This document shows positions 1 through 9,393 of a stretch of DNA of 64,000 bases, piece by piece. Where the stretch lies: the NCBI GenBank assembly GCA_963745075.1, contig CAVUWV010000003.1, positions 1 through 64,000 of the forward strand. The letters run 5' to 3'. The position numbers were made by a program, and so were the translations under genes. The DNA comes from Candidatus Hydrogenedentota bacterium (GTDB taxonomy: Bacteria > Hydrogenedentota > Hydrogenedentia > Hydrogenedentales > SLHB01). A model generated the notes under the pieces. That model was not told the origin of the DNA. It did no database searches and saw only the letters and a program-made list of their open reading frames with translations. How positions within the stretch are numbered: the first letter of the stretch is position 1; each line of letters opens with the position of its first letter.

Positions 1-1223
1 GAGCGCACGGTGTGGTAGTTGATCTTCCAGGCGTGGCCCATGTAGTCCCAGAGACGGTTGTTGTTTTCGTCGAAGAGGGGGTACCACTCGCCGACCTTGT
101 GGTTGATGACGTGGTCCATGACGAAGCGGTGGACGTTTTCGTAGGCGTCGATGTATTTGTCGTCGCCGAAGAGGATGTAGGCGTCGAGGAGGCCGACGAG
201 GGCTTCGGCCTGTTGCCAGAACTCTTTGTTTTTTTCGCGGGCGGGCCCTTCAAAGGGGCCTTCGCAATAGATGCCGCCGTGCTCCCGGTCAACGCCGTAT
301 TTCACGGCGTGATCGAAGATCTTCTTCAAGCCTTCCTTGTAGTCGTCGAGATTCAGCCCGAGCACTTTGATCGTGTGGATCAATAGCCACGCGAACTCGA
401 TGTTGTGCCCGTAGCTCGTGTTGTCGAGGGGACGGCCTTCGTCTTCGTCGGCATCACGATCTGAACCCCAGACGTCGGCGAAAAGAATCTGCCGGAGCGG
501 TTTCCAGTCCAGCGAGAACTGGGCGATGCCGAGGTTGTAGTCCGGGTGCATGATGTGTTTGAAGATGAGGTCGACGATCTCTTTTGTGCGCTCCTTGTAG
601 ATGCGCGCGCCGGTCGCCTCGTAGAGGTTGGTGAAGGCCTCCATGAGGTGCATATGTACGTCGAAGGACTTGCGGTCGCCGCCGTACTTGCCTGGCCGTT
701 TCTTCGACCAGTCCCGTTCGAGGAACTCGTAGTAGCCGCCGTGGCAGTTGTCCGCCGCGAGGGTCTGCAACACTTCGTAGGACTTTACCGCCCACTCGAT
801 ACCGCGATGATCGCCGGAGGCCATGCCGTATTCGCTGAGCGCGTAGATGGCGAAGGACTGGCCGTAGGTTAGTTTACTCTGGTTGATGGGAGTGCCGTCC
901 TGTTCCGCCGTCCAGAACCAACCGCCGTGGTCGTCGTCCCAACAGTGATCGATGATGAAGTCGACGCCCTGCCGCGCGATCTTGAGGAACTCGCCTTCGC
1001 CGATGCCCGCGCGATGGATGGATGAATACGTGAAGATGCAGCGCGTCTGGCACAAGTGGGTCTTCACCGTCTCGCCCGTCGGTTTACCGTCCTTGTCGAG
1101 GTAGGTCAGGAACCCGCCGTATTCCTTGTCGACCCCATGGGTCAGCCAGAAGGGGAGCAGCTCGTCCCGGAGATGGTTTTGGACTTCCTCGAGATATTTC
1201 TCGCAGCGTTCAATCGTATTCAC
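1..1223 (-). CDS. AGE-family epimerase/isomerase (cellobiose 2-epimerase / N-acylglucosamine 2-epimerase-like); 3' end lies outside the window
   Basis: Manual minus-strand translation from GTG at 1223: LLPFWLTHGVDKEYGGFL...HMHLMEAF...SYGHNIEFAWLL...FWQQAE...WKINYHTVR, the conserved AGE motifs. Missing from the ORF track because its stop is off-window. Confidence 0.9.
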   Translation of the reverse strand, partial: MNTIERCEKYLEEVQNHLRDELLPFWLTHGVDKEYGGFLTYLDKDGKPTGETVKTHLCQTRCIFTYSSIHRAGIGEGEFLKIARQGVDFIIDHCWDDDHGGWFWTAEQDGTPINQSKLTYGQSFAIYALSEYGMASGDHRGIEWAVKSYEVLQTLAADNCHGGYYEFLERDWSKKRPGKYGGDRKSFDVHMHLMEAFTNLYEATGARIYKERTKEIVDLIFKHIMHPDYNLGIAQFSLDWKPLRQILFADVWGSDRDADEDEGRPLDNTSYGHNIEFAWLLIHTIKVLGLNLDDYKEGLKKIFDHAVKYGVDREHGGIYCEGPFEGPAREKNKEFWQQAEALVGLLDAYILFGDDKYIDAYENVHRFVMDHVINHKVGEWYPLFDENNNRLWDYMGHAWKINYHTVR

Positions 1224-1330
1224 GGCACTTCCGATCCTGTTGGTGAACGATACCCCGGGGCACGCCCCCGATGTGCGGTCAGACCGGTAGTCTAATGCCC
1301 GGCGAAATGGAATGGCAAATGGTTACACAA

Positions 1331-1351
1331 AATCGTGAAAATACTCACGTT
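1331..1351. promoter_or_regulatory. CRP/FNR-family-like operator
   Basis: AATCGTGA-AAATAC-TCACGTT resembles TGTGA-N6-TCACA and sits in the divergent AGE/CBS intergenic region. Confidence 0.45.
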
Positions 1352-1556
1352 ACAACGTGCGCGGCCATGCGCGAATTTGGCCTGTTTTTGATGTGATTTT
1401 TTGTCCTTGAGAAATACATATTCAAGGTCTTGCTACAAGACCCTTTAAGGGTTTGCCGCCGGGTTCGGGAGCCGGGGAAGGGGCGTTTCGCTTGGTATAC
1501 TCACTGTAGACAAACTTGGGTGAAGTACGGTGACGTGAAGTCCACAGCGAGGAGGG

Positions 1557-2102
1557 ATGTCTATTATGAAGGTACCTACCGCACGCGACTGCATGTCAGT
1601 CTGGTTCGTCACGCTACGGCCGGACACGGATGTTTACGAGGCCATTGACGTCCTTGCCAGCAAGCGCGCATCCGGCGCCCCGGTATTGGATGACGATGGC
1701 TGCCTGGTTGGCATCCTGACCGAGAAGGACTGTTTGCGCGTGATGTCGCACGAGGCCTACGGCCAACTTTCGGGCGGCACGGTTGCCGACTATATGTCGG
1801 AGCCGAAAGGCGTCTTGACGGTGGACATGGATTTGTTCTCCGTGGCGCGCGAGTTCTTGAACACCAATTTCGCGGTGTTACCGGTGTTGGAAGACGGCAA
1901 GCCCGTTGGACGCATCAGTCGCCAGGACATGCTGCGCGGCATTCAGTGTCTGCAACGTGAAACGGCCGTGAAGAAAGAGAAGTACGAGGAAGAACTGAAG
2001 ACGATGCAATCGCCGCTGTCGATCACCGATCTGCAGAAGCTGGTGGCGTCGCAGCGGCCCGAAAACCTCGCGGCTCTCTTGAGCAACCGTCACGGTTCGT
2101 AG
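1557..2102 (+). CDS. CBS domain pair protein
   Basis: Two CBS repeats (GAPVLDDDGCLVGILTEKD; LPVLEDGKPVGRISRQD); GGAGG RBS upstream. Confidence 0.9.
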   Translation: MSIMKVPTARDCMSVWFVTLRPDTDVYEAIDVLASKRASGAPVLDDDGCLVGILTEKDCLRVMSHEAYGQLSGGTVADYMSEPKGVLTVDMDLFSVAREFLNTNFAVLPVLEDGKPVGRISRQDMLRGIQCLQRETAVKKEKYEEELKTMQSPLSITDLQKLVASQRPENLAALLSNRHGS

Positions 2103-2128
2103 GCGGGATAACCTCTGCTGCACAAATT

Positions 2129-2165
2129 AAACCACCCGGGCGGGTGATTCTCGCCCGGGTGGTTT
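2129..2165. terminator. Bidirectional intrinsic terminator
   Basis: AAACCACCCGGGCG-loop-CGCCCGGGTGGTTT perfect inverted repeat between convergent genes. Confidence 0.7.
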
Positions 2166-2193
2166 CCTCTTGCGCGCGACGTACTGGTTCGCG

Positions 2194-2982
2194 TCAACTC
2201 GCCTTGGTTGTCGCGTTGTGATGCGCGGGCGTCATGTGGTCCAACGACTCGAGCGCCGAGATGAAGGCCGGCGTCATCGGGAACTTGCCGGGATACTTCA
2301 TGAATTCCACATGGCCGTCCATGAACAGAACATTGCCCCCACCATCGACGGGGCGACTGATCATCACCGGAATTTCCGATTCGGAGGCTTCCGTTTCAGC
2401 CGGGTTGTTGATGTTCTGAATGAAGGATGTCCCGACGCCATCCCGTAACCGGAAGATGGTGCTGCCTCCTCCGTCACCTTCGCCCATGGGGACCGTGATA
2501 TCGCCGGTCGGGACGTGCCCGTGCGCAAGGGCCGCTTTGTAGGCACGGACAAAGGCGAGTCCGGTCTGCTCGTTGGTCATGGCGTAGCCGAGGTACCAGT
2601 AGCTGCCGTTGTTCCAATATGCGGGCAGGTTACTGGCGTTTACGGGCAATCCCGCGACCTTGCTCGCGGCCTCTACGTTGGCCGGGTTAACCATCAGCCG
2701 CGGATCCGTCACGTAGTCGGGGTAGACATCCTTCATCGAGATGGTTGGCGCCGCGGACCGATCATCCAGGGGGGGCCAATGGCCGTTGTTGTCTTTCCCG
2801 TATTTCTTGGCTGCTTGGTGAATTTGCTTGAGATGGTTCGCCGCAACGGCGCTGTGGTCGGTCTTCGTGTGACCCTTGGACTGGGCGGATGCAACGATCG
2901 GCACGGCAGCCACCAGCGCGATCGTACAGGCCGCAATCACCACCGCGCGTTGTGCGAACCGGCGCGTAAGATGGATTTCCAT
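2194..2982 (-). CDS. Secreted DUF1559-like / H-X9-DG-motif protein
   Basis: Sec signal peptide (…PIVASA-Q), NHLKQI..A..Y helix, C-terminal GGNVLFMDGHVEFMKYPGKFP. Confidence 0.75.
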   Translation of the reverse strand: MEIHLTRRFAQRAVVIAACTIALVAAVPIVASAQSKGHTKTDHSAVAANHLKQIHQAAKKYGKDNNGHWPPLDDRSAAPTISMKDVYPDYVTDPRLMVNPANVEAASKVAGLPVNASNLPAYWNNGSYWYLGYAMTNEQTGLAFVRAYKAALAHGHVPTGDITVPMGEGDGGGSTIFRLRDGVGTSFIQNINNPAETEASESEIPVMISRPVDGGGNVLFMDGHVEFMKYPGKFPMTPAFISALESLDHMTPAHHNATTKAS

Positions 2983-3272
2983 AACAGGCTCCTTTCCTTG
3001 TCATCGCCCGCCGCCTTGGGAGCGGTCCAGCAAATTGGCTCCTTCGTTCCTCCGTGGGAGGGGCGGCCAGCGCCAGGACTCGTGCAGCGCACGAGGTATT
3101 GTTGCGGTCGTGCATATTCCGTACCCGGGGGTCTGCAGTGCCGTAAGTTATTCCACGAAAGAACTTGCGGATTTCCGGGCCGGGGCACACCCACCTCAAT
3201 CGAGGCAAGAGACGCAAATGAAGCAGGCGCCAGCGGGGGTCGCCAGCGATTTGAGCCTCTTTCCCGCGAGTA

Positions 3273-3308
3273 TTGACAAATCCCAAGTGTTGTAGTATAT
3301 GTACAACA
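3273..3308 (+). promoter_or_regulatory. Promoter (-35 TTGACA) overlapped by a YtrA/GntR-type operator
   Basis: TTGACA at 3273-3278; perfect palindrome TGTTGTA-N7-TACAACA at 3288-3308, directly upstream of the gntR gene. Confidence 0.7.
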
Positions 3309-3329
3309 GATGACACGCGGGGACGGGCC

Positions 3330-3746
3330 ATGAACTTTCGTCTGAACCATCATAGCGGAGAACCCATCTACCGCCAGATTGTCGAGCAGGTCAAGTATCA
3401 GGTCGCCTGCGGGAAGCTGCCGGATGGGGAGCGTTTGCCCAGCATTCGTGCGTTGGCTCATCAACTCAAAGTCAACCCGCGCACGGTCGTCAAGGCCTAC
3501 GAAGAATTGGAGGGGGCCGGTCTTGCCGTTACCAAGCAGGGACAAGGCGTTTTCGTGACGATTGCGCGGGTTACGACGCCGGCTGCGGAACGGCGTGCGG
3601 TCATCGCGGAAATGGCGCGACGGCTATTTTCTGAGGCCGCGCGCATGGGGGCGGGGCCGACCGAGATCTACGAGATTCTCGAGTCGACTGCCGAAGGAAT
3701 GGAGCTGAAACCGTGGACACGATCTGTATCCAAGCGAAGCGTCTAA
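3330..3746 (+). CDS. GntR family regulator (YtrA subfamily)
   Basis: PIYRQIVEQVK...GERLPSIRALA..LKVNPRTVVKAYEELE winged HTH with a short C-terminal domain; precedes ABC genes. Confidence 0.92.
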   Translation: MNFRLNHHSGEPIYRQIVEQVKYQVACGKLPDGERLPSIRALAHQLKVNPRTVVKAYEELEGAGLAVTKQGQGVFVTIARVTTPAAERRAVIAEMARRLFSEAARMGAGPTEIYEILESTAEGMELKPWTRSVSKRSV

Positions 3747-4632
3747 CCAAGAAGTACGGTAAGGTCGCCGCATTGAGGGGTGTCAGCGCGACCATTCCGC
3801 GCGGACGGATCGTCGCGTTGTTGGGTCCGAACGGGGCGGGCAAGAGCACGTTTCTGAAACTTGCATTGGGATTGCTCGAACCGGGCGCCGGTGACGTGCA
3901 CGTGTTCGGCGAGGACGCGCGGGAGATGCGGCCGTCCACGTGTGCTCGTATCGCGAGCATTCTGGACGGTCACGAACCGCCGGCGTGGGCCACGATGCGG
4001 ATGCTCGTTGCCTTGCAGGCGGAGGCCACGGCGGGCTTCGATGCCGGGGCGGCGCGCGCATGTTTGAAGCAACGCGGGCTTTCACCGGGGAGCGGTACGG
4101 GCGGCTGAGCAAAGGGCAGCGGCGTTACGCGCTGACCTGTCTGTCCCTGGCCGGCGGCGCGGATTTGCTGCTGTTGGACGAACCGGCCGATGGACTCGAT
4201 ACGCAAACCCGGCGCGAGCTGTATGACCGCATCCGGGACCGGGCCAACGAGCGCGAAACCACCATCATCCTCGCAACCCATCACATCTACGATATCGAGC
4301 GAGTTGCCGACGACGTGCTGTTGCTGGAAGAGGGATGCCTTACACTCCACGAGTCTTTGGAATTCCTCCGCGAGCAGATGCGGGAGATTGTGGTCGCGCC
4401 TGACAATTCGCCGCCGGACTGGCGTGCCGGTGTCGAAGTCGTTCGCAAGGTACCGCATAACGATTCGACCGCATACTACGTCCGCTTGCCCGAAGGGGCC
4501 GCTACCGCCCAGTTGCACACCACCAACGGCGCACCGGCAGAGCACCACGTGGACCTCGAGACCTTGTACCTCGCGCTTACCCAGGGGTCCCGCCCCGAAA
4601 CACTGCCGAGCCACGAGGAGGCTATGCGATGA
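3713..4632 (+). CDS. ABC transporter ATP-binding protein (frameshift near 4087-4090 in a G run)
   Basis: Walker A GPNGAGKS in 3713..4108; signature LSKGQ, Walker B LLLLDEP and H-loop in 3940..4632. One missing G joins the two frames. Confidence 0.85.
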
Positions 4633-5297
4633 AAGTGAAACTCGCACTGATTCTGTGGCTGTTGCGTGTCACGGCGCCCGTAACCCTTATCGCGTTGGTC
4701 GCGGCGGTCACTTACGTACTCTTTCGACGTGCGCCGTTTGTGCACCAGGATTTCGTGTCGTTAATCGCCCCGTGGCTGTTTGTAGCCCTCCATAGCGTAG
4801 TTCTTGTCGCTTTCGTGAGCCGCGTGCATACCAGCGGTTTTGCGTATTTGTACAGCCGTGGCTTCTCGCGCGACACAGTGTGGCTCAATCAGATGACTGC
4901 CAGCGCGCTTGCCGTGCTTGTTGTGTGGCTGCCATCGGCGCTCTGCGTGTGGACCGGACTACGTAGTGCGCTTCAAGAACATCTCATGCAGAATTCCGAG
5001 TATCCTGTAATGGCGCCGACCGACACGCCGTTCCCATGGTTCTATCTCATGGGGTACGCGATCGCGTTACCGACACTCCAATACGCATGGGTCCGCCGCA
5101 ACCAACCGACGCTGGGTCAGGAGAGTGGGGACGCGCTGATTGTGGGAATCGTACTCGCCACGTTCTCTGTTCTCGCCATGACTTCGTACCGCGAGGGTTG
5201 GGCGCAAGCGATTGCGATTGCGGGAGGGATAGCGGTCGGTCTGACGTTTGTGGTCACCGCGCGCAGTTTGCATCGTGGAATCGAGGTGCAACGATGA
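4629..5297 (+). CDS. ABC-2 type permease-like membrane protein
   Basis: About 6 hydrophobic helices; ATGA overlap with the ATPase gene. Confidence 0.7.
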   Translation: MKVKLALILWLLRVTAPVTLIALVAAVTYVLFRRAPFVHQDFVSLIAPWLFVALHSVVLVAFVSRVHTSGFAYLYSRGFSRDTVWLNQMTASALAVLVVWLPSALCVWTGLRSALQEHLMQNSEYPVMAPTDTPFPWFYLMGYAIALPTLQYAWVRRNQPTLGQESGDALIVGIVLATFSVLAMTSYREGWAQAIAIAGGIAVGLTFVVTARSLHRGIEVQR

Positions 5298-7843
5298 ACA
5301 ACACCGATCTGTTACTCGCCGGACTCGTGGCGATTGTCGCATTAGCCGTCTGGGCACGGTACAACCGGCCTGTGCTCGCCGCGGATGCGCGTCCCGCGCC
5401 GCGCACCGCAACGCGAGCCGAAGCGTTGATCCTCGCGATCATTGCGGCCGTCATTCTGATCATCGGTTCGACGGACTATCACAACAACGGAATGCTTTCC
5501 CGACTGGGTGAATTGCCGTTCGAGTTGGCGGGTCTCCACGTCGGGGTGCTGCTTGCGACGATTCTCTTTTCAGCGGCGGCTGTGAAGCTTGCGTCACTGG
5601 GATTCACGCGGGCGGGAGTCATCCTGCTCGCGGGGATACTCGCCGGATACGGACTTTTCATTAACGGCCCGGGGCGGCCCATCGACGCGATGGCGATGAC
5701 TGCGGACGGCGAGCAGGACGCGAAACTCATGATTGACGTGACGGGCGTGAACATTCCGGAAGGTGTTGACCTGCGGGTAAACGGCGCATATTTGGGCAAG
5801 ACACCGATTCTGACTACGCTGAACGCGTTCCTGGAGAAAGTGCCCGACGTGCCGGAGTCCGCCGATCGAGAATCCGACCTGTACGCGTATGCGAATCGCG
5901 GCCCGCTTTATTCGGGTAAGACGGGCATCGCAGTGAGCACACGGTTGTTCGAGGGTCTGAACGACAACGAGGGAGACCACCCTGAACTGGCGAGACTTAC
6001 GAAGCCCCTCTATGCCACCGTTGAATACGCTGGAGAACGGGGTCTCGGATCCCGCGGATCCGGCTGGGGCCGGAGCGGTTCGGGTAGTGCCATGGCGCAG
6101 ATTACTGCCCAATTTGAAGTGACATTTCCGGCGCGGCGGCATCGTCTCGAAGAACTGCTCAACCTCGCCCGTCTGAACGATTATCACGTCGATCCCAATT
6201 GGCTGCAGACCATGGACGGCTACGGGATCGACGGGTGGCTCATGTTGCGGCATTTGGCCGAAACCACTGATGCACTCGATTTCGAAGGCGATGTTAAAGA
6301 GAAGGTGGGACGGATACCGGAACCGGAATTCCTGAATATACTCAAACAGTGGGCCACGTGGAAGTATGACCTTGATGATGTGACGGATTCGGATACTGCG
6401 TGGTTGGCCTTCACCCGGGTCATGAACGCGGTCGATGCAAACGGCATTTACCTATCTCCCGGCGTCGAAGGTGTTGCGGTCGAGATGCTGACCCCTCGTC
6501 TCGATCCAGAAAATCTGATCGATCGTGTGGCCGGTATGCTCAACACGTACGGCAGCTACAGCTTTCTCCAATGGCGGGCGAACGGTGAACCCGCTTTCGG
6601 CATTGTGACGAGGCCCGGGGGCGAAACGGTCCAACTGGGCGGGCAGAGTTCCGCGATGAACTTTTTTGGTGGCGCTGGCACGAATCCGGCGCGTTTCCCA
6701 CCCAGTGCAGCGGCCGTAGCTCACGCCCTGTGGCTATTGGACCAACGCATGGATGCGGAAGGTCCCGAACCGAATCCGATTGAGTTGGAAGTCGCGCCCG
6801 AATTGCTGCGGAAAGGGTACGACGGCTTGGCGTATTATCTGGTACTTGCTACTGAAATCGGCGGGCCAGTCGTTGAAGACTATTTACTACGGCATGATTG
6901 GCGAGCAAGTGTGGAACAAAACCGGCAGCGGAACTTCGGTGAGGACGGGTTGTCTCTGCTTTTTGGACCAACGGTCAACAAATGGTGTTACGGCCTTGCC
7001 CAATTGGACGAACCCGATGCCCGTAAAGCGCGACTAGGAGCGAAGGACGTGTTTCTCGATCTGGCCCGGAATCTTGTCAAGGATTCGCATTCTTCGGACC
7101 CGGAGACTTTGCTTGGCCAGTTAGACTACCTATTCGACGATCCGGGAGCCGGGGAGAAAAGCCTCGCCATGCAGTTCTGGCCGACACTGCTCGACACGGC
7201 AGAGACCCGGTCTTTTGGCTACCGCATCGTCGTCCCGTATCTCGTGCGGATGGAGCCGTTATCCACCGTTGAAATGTACGTCGATGCGTGGCGTTTGGTG
7301 CGGGAAGATGAAGACGTGGTCGAGTTCGCAGTGTCTCACCTGCACAAGCTCCAGATATTGCCTGAAGCGAAACGAACGCAGATTCTCGCGGCCATAGCCG
7401 GTCCAGAACCCGAAGAATATGACGAAGAGTATTTCATGATAAGACAGGAGCTTTTCCCAGACGCGGGAAGGACGAGGAACGTGGTAGATCGCTTGCACAA
7501 TCCCCGGGGCCGCGATGTCAAAGCGAACGTGGCGCGTTGGCTGGAACGTGCGGCGCCCACGCACAAACTGGTTGAAATCCTGGCCCAAGACGACGATCCG
7601 GAAATCCGCGTCTTGGTGCTTGGGGCCCTGCGCTCCTGCCCAACTCCGGCGAATCGTCAGATTCTGGCGAAACTTCTGGAAGACCCGGACCCCGACGTGC
7701 GCGAGGGGGCGAAGAAGGTGCGGAAGGAACTCCAGGAACTCGCCGCAACTCCGCCCAGCACCTTCGCGTCGAATGCTACGACGTTCAGCAAGACGGAGCC
7801 GGAGCGGTATTTGACGACGAAATTTGGTACGGAAGAACGGTAA
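5294..7843 (+). CDS. Large membrane-anchored protein (N-terminal TM helices, PEGA-like segment, C-terminal HEAT repeats)
   Basis: ATG at 5294 overlaps the upstream stop; about 4 TM helices; GVDLRVNGAYLGKTP; LAQDDDPEIRV / LLEDPDPDVREGA HEAT motifs. Confidence 0.7.
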   Translation: MNNTDLLLAGLVAIVALAVWARYNRPVLAADARPAPRTATRAEALILAIIAAVILIIGSTDYHNNGMLSRLGELPFELAGLHVGVLLATILFSAAAVKLASLGFTRAGVILLAGILAGYGLFINGPGRPIDAMAMTADGEQDAKLMIDVTGVNIPEGVDLRVNGAYLGKTPILTTLNAFLEKVPDVPESADRESDLYAYANRGPLYSGKTGIAVSTRLFEGLNDNEGDHPELARLTKPLYATVEYAGERGLGSRGSGWGRSGSGSAMAQITAQFEVTFPARRHRLEELLNLARLNDYHVDPNWLQTMDGYGIDGWLMLRHLAETTDALDFEGDVKEKVGRIPEPEFLNILKQWATWKYDLDDVTDSDTAWLAFTRVMNAVDANGIYLSPGVEGVAVEMLTPRLDPENLIDRVAGMLNTYGSYSFLQWRANGEPAFGIVTRPGGETVQLGGQSSAMNFFGGAGTNPARFPPSAAAVAHALWLLDQRMDAEGPEPNPIELEVAPELLRKGYDGLAYYLVLATEIGGPVVEDYLLRHDWRASVEQNRQRNFGEDGLSLLFGPTVNKWCYGLAQLDEPDARKARLGAKDVFLDLARNLVKDSHSSDPETLLGQLDYLFDDPGAGEKSLAMQFWPTLLDTAETRSFGYRIVVPYLVRMEPLSTVEMYVDAWRLVREDEDVVEFAVSHLHKLQILPEAKRTQILAAIAGPEPEEYDEEYFMIRQELFPDAGRTRNVVDRLHNPRGRDVKANVARWLERAAPTHKLVEILAQDDDPEIRVLVLGALRSCPTPANRQILAKLLEDPDPDVREGAKKVRKELQELAATPPSTFASNATTFSKTEPERYLTTKFGTEER

Positions 7844-7870
7844 CTCCAATTCCCGTGAAACCGTGTTTGA

Positions 7871-8545
7871 CTATTCTTCCGCGCCGGCGGCTTCGGGATC
7901 GATGAACCAGCGGGCGTTGGTGAGTTGGGCGGCGGGGAGTTTGCCGTGGCGGACTTTCTGGAAGGCCTGGGCTTTCTCGGCGCCGCGTACGAGGAACCAC
8001 CGTTGGCGGGCGGCGTTGAGCAGGGGATAGGTCATGGTGACGCGGTGGGTGTCGAGCGCGGGGACGTGGTTGCGGACGACCAGATGTTTGGTTTCCTTCA
8101 GTGCCTTGGTGCCCGGGAAAAGCGAGGCGGTGTGTCCGTCGCCACCCATGCCCAGCAGTATCACATCGAGCGTAGGGATCGCGTGCAACCCGATCGGCGC
8201 GCGTTCGATCAGCAACTTCTCGTAATCCTCGGCAGCGCCGTCGCGCTCGGCCTCGATGCGGTGGGCGGTGACCCCATCCACTTGCGACAAGAGTTCCTTC
8301 TCCAACATGCGCCAGTTGGATTGTTTGTCCGTGGGCGGAACGCAACGTTCGTCGACTTGAAAGATAGTCAGACGCGACCAATGGATCCTCTTTACGTACC
8401 TCGAAGTCAGGAGCCGGTAGAGGTCGCGGGGCGTCGAACCGCCCGATACGGCGATGTGGGGTTCGTCAAAATCGGCGAGATACGCGATCAGCGCTTTGGC
8501 GAGAGCACGCTCCGGTTGGGGACTAATCTCCAGTTTCATATCCAC
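7871..8545 (-). CDS. pgl: 6-phosphogluconolactonase
   Basis: SGGSTP, DERCVP, LLGMGGDGHTASLFP motifs. Confidence 0.95.
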   Translation of the reverse strand: MDMKLEISPQPERALAKALIAYLADFDEPHIAVSGGSTPRDLYRLLTSRYVKRIHWSRLTIFQVDERCVPPTDKQSNWRMLEKELLSQVDGVTAHRIEAERDGAAEDYEKLLIERAPIGLHAIPTLDVILLGMGGDGHTASLFPGTKALKETKHLVVRNHVPALDTHRVTMTYPLLNAARQRWFLVRGAEKAQAFQKVRHGKLPAAQLTNARWFIDPEAAGAEE

Positions 8546-8592
8546 GCAGCGTACTCTCCCCTTTTTTGATCCGACACCCGAGGCGGGACGCG

Positions 8593-9393
8593 CTATTTCG
8601 CCTTGGCGTACTCCTTGAGGATAGCTAAGCAGAGCGGCAAGTCGTCGGTCAAGATGTAATCGACGCCGCCTTCGGCGAGAGCCCGTATGGTGGGTTCGTC
8701 CTGCGCGCCGAAAAAATTGACGGTGACGCCGCCGGCATGAAGCCGGTCGACGGCTTCCCGTAGGCCTTTGGTGCCATTGTTCTTGTGGAGTTGGATGAAT
8801 TCGCAGTGACGTTCGAGGGTGAGATCGGCATAGGCGGTGCGATCGCCGCCCTGGCGCGACATGTTACAGATCTTGATATCCGGCGCAACGGCTTTCGCTT
8901 CGTCGGCCTCCTCCGTGGAGCATGCGAGAAAGCATTGGTCCAGCCGGCCCACCTCCACGATGACCTTGGCGGTGTTTGCGGCCACGCCGGGCGAGTTCTT
9001 GAGATGGACGTTGCACAACACCTTCGTTGGAATCGCTTCGAGCGTTTCACGCAGGGTCGGGATTTGCGTACCGGCAAACGCGGGGCCGAACCAGCTTCCC
9101 GCATCCAGTGCGCGCAGCTCTTCGAACGTGAGATCGCTCACCGCGCCGGTGCCGTTCGTTGTGCGGTCCACTGTCGGATCGTGCATGATCACGAGTTGGC
9201 CGTCCTTTGAAAGCTGCACGTCGAATTCGATCTGCTGGGCACCCAGTTTCACGGCTGATTCGAAGGCGGGAATCGTGTTCTCCGGCGCATTTTTGGTGTC
9301 GCCGCGATGGGCGCAGGCGCCGGTGGCGGCCGAAGTGGCCTGGGCAATTGTGATGCAGGCGACGAGCGTCAATTGCGTCATGGTTTGCGCCAT
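8593..9393 (-). CDS. Glycerophosphodiester phosphodiesterase with signal peptide
   Basis: AHRG...APENT...IEFDVQLSKDG..V.MHD motifs. Confidence 0.92.
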   Translation of the reverse strand: MAQTMTQLTLVACITIAQATSAATGACAHRGDTKNAPENTIPAFESAVKLGAQQIEFDVQLSKDGQLVIMHDPTVDRTTNGTGAVSDLTFEELRALDAGSWFGPAFAGTQIPTLRETLEAIPTKVLCNVHLKNSPGVAANTAKVIVEVGRLDQCFLACSTEEADEAKAVAPDIKICNMSRQGGDRTAYADLTLERHCEFIQLHKNNGTKGLREAVDRLHAGGVTVNFFGAQDEPTIRALAEGGVDYILTDDLPLCLAILKEYAKAK

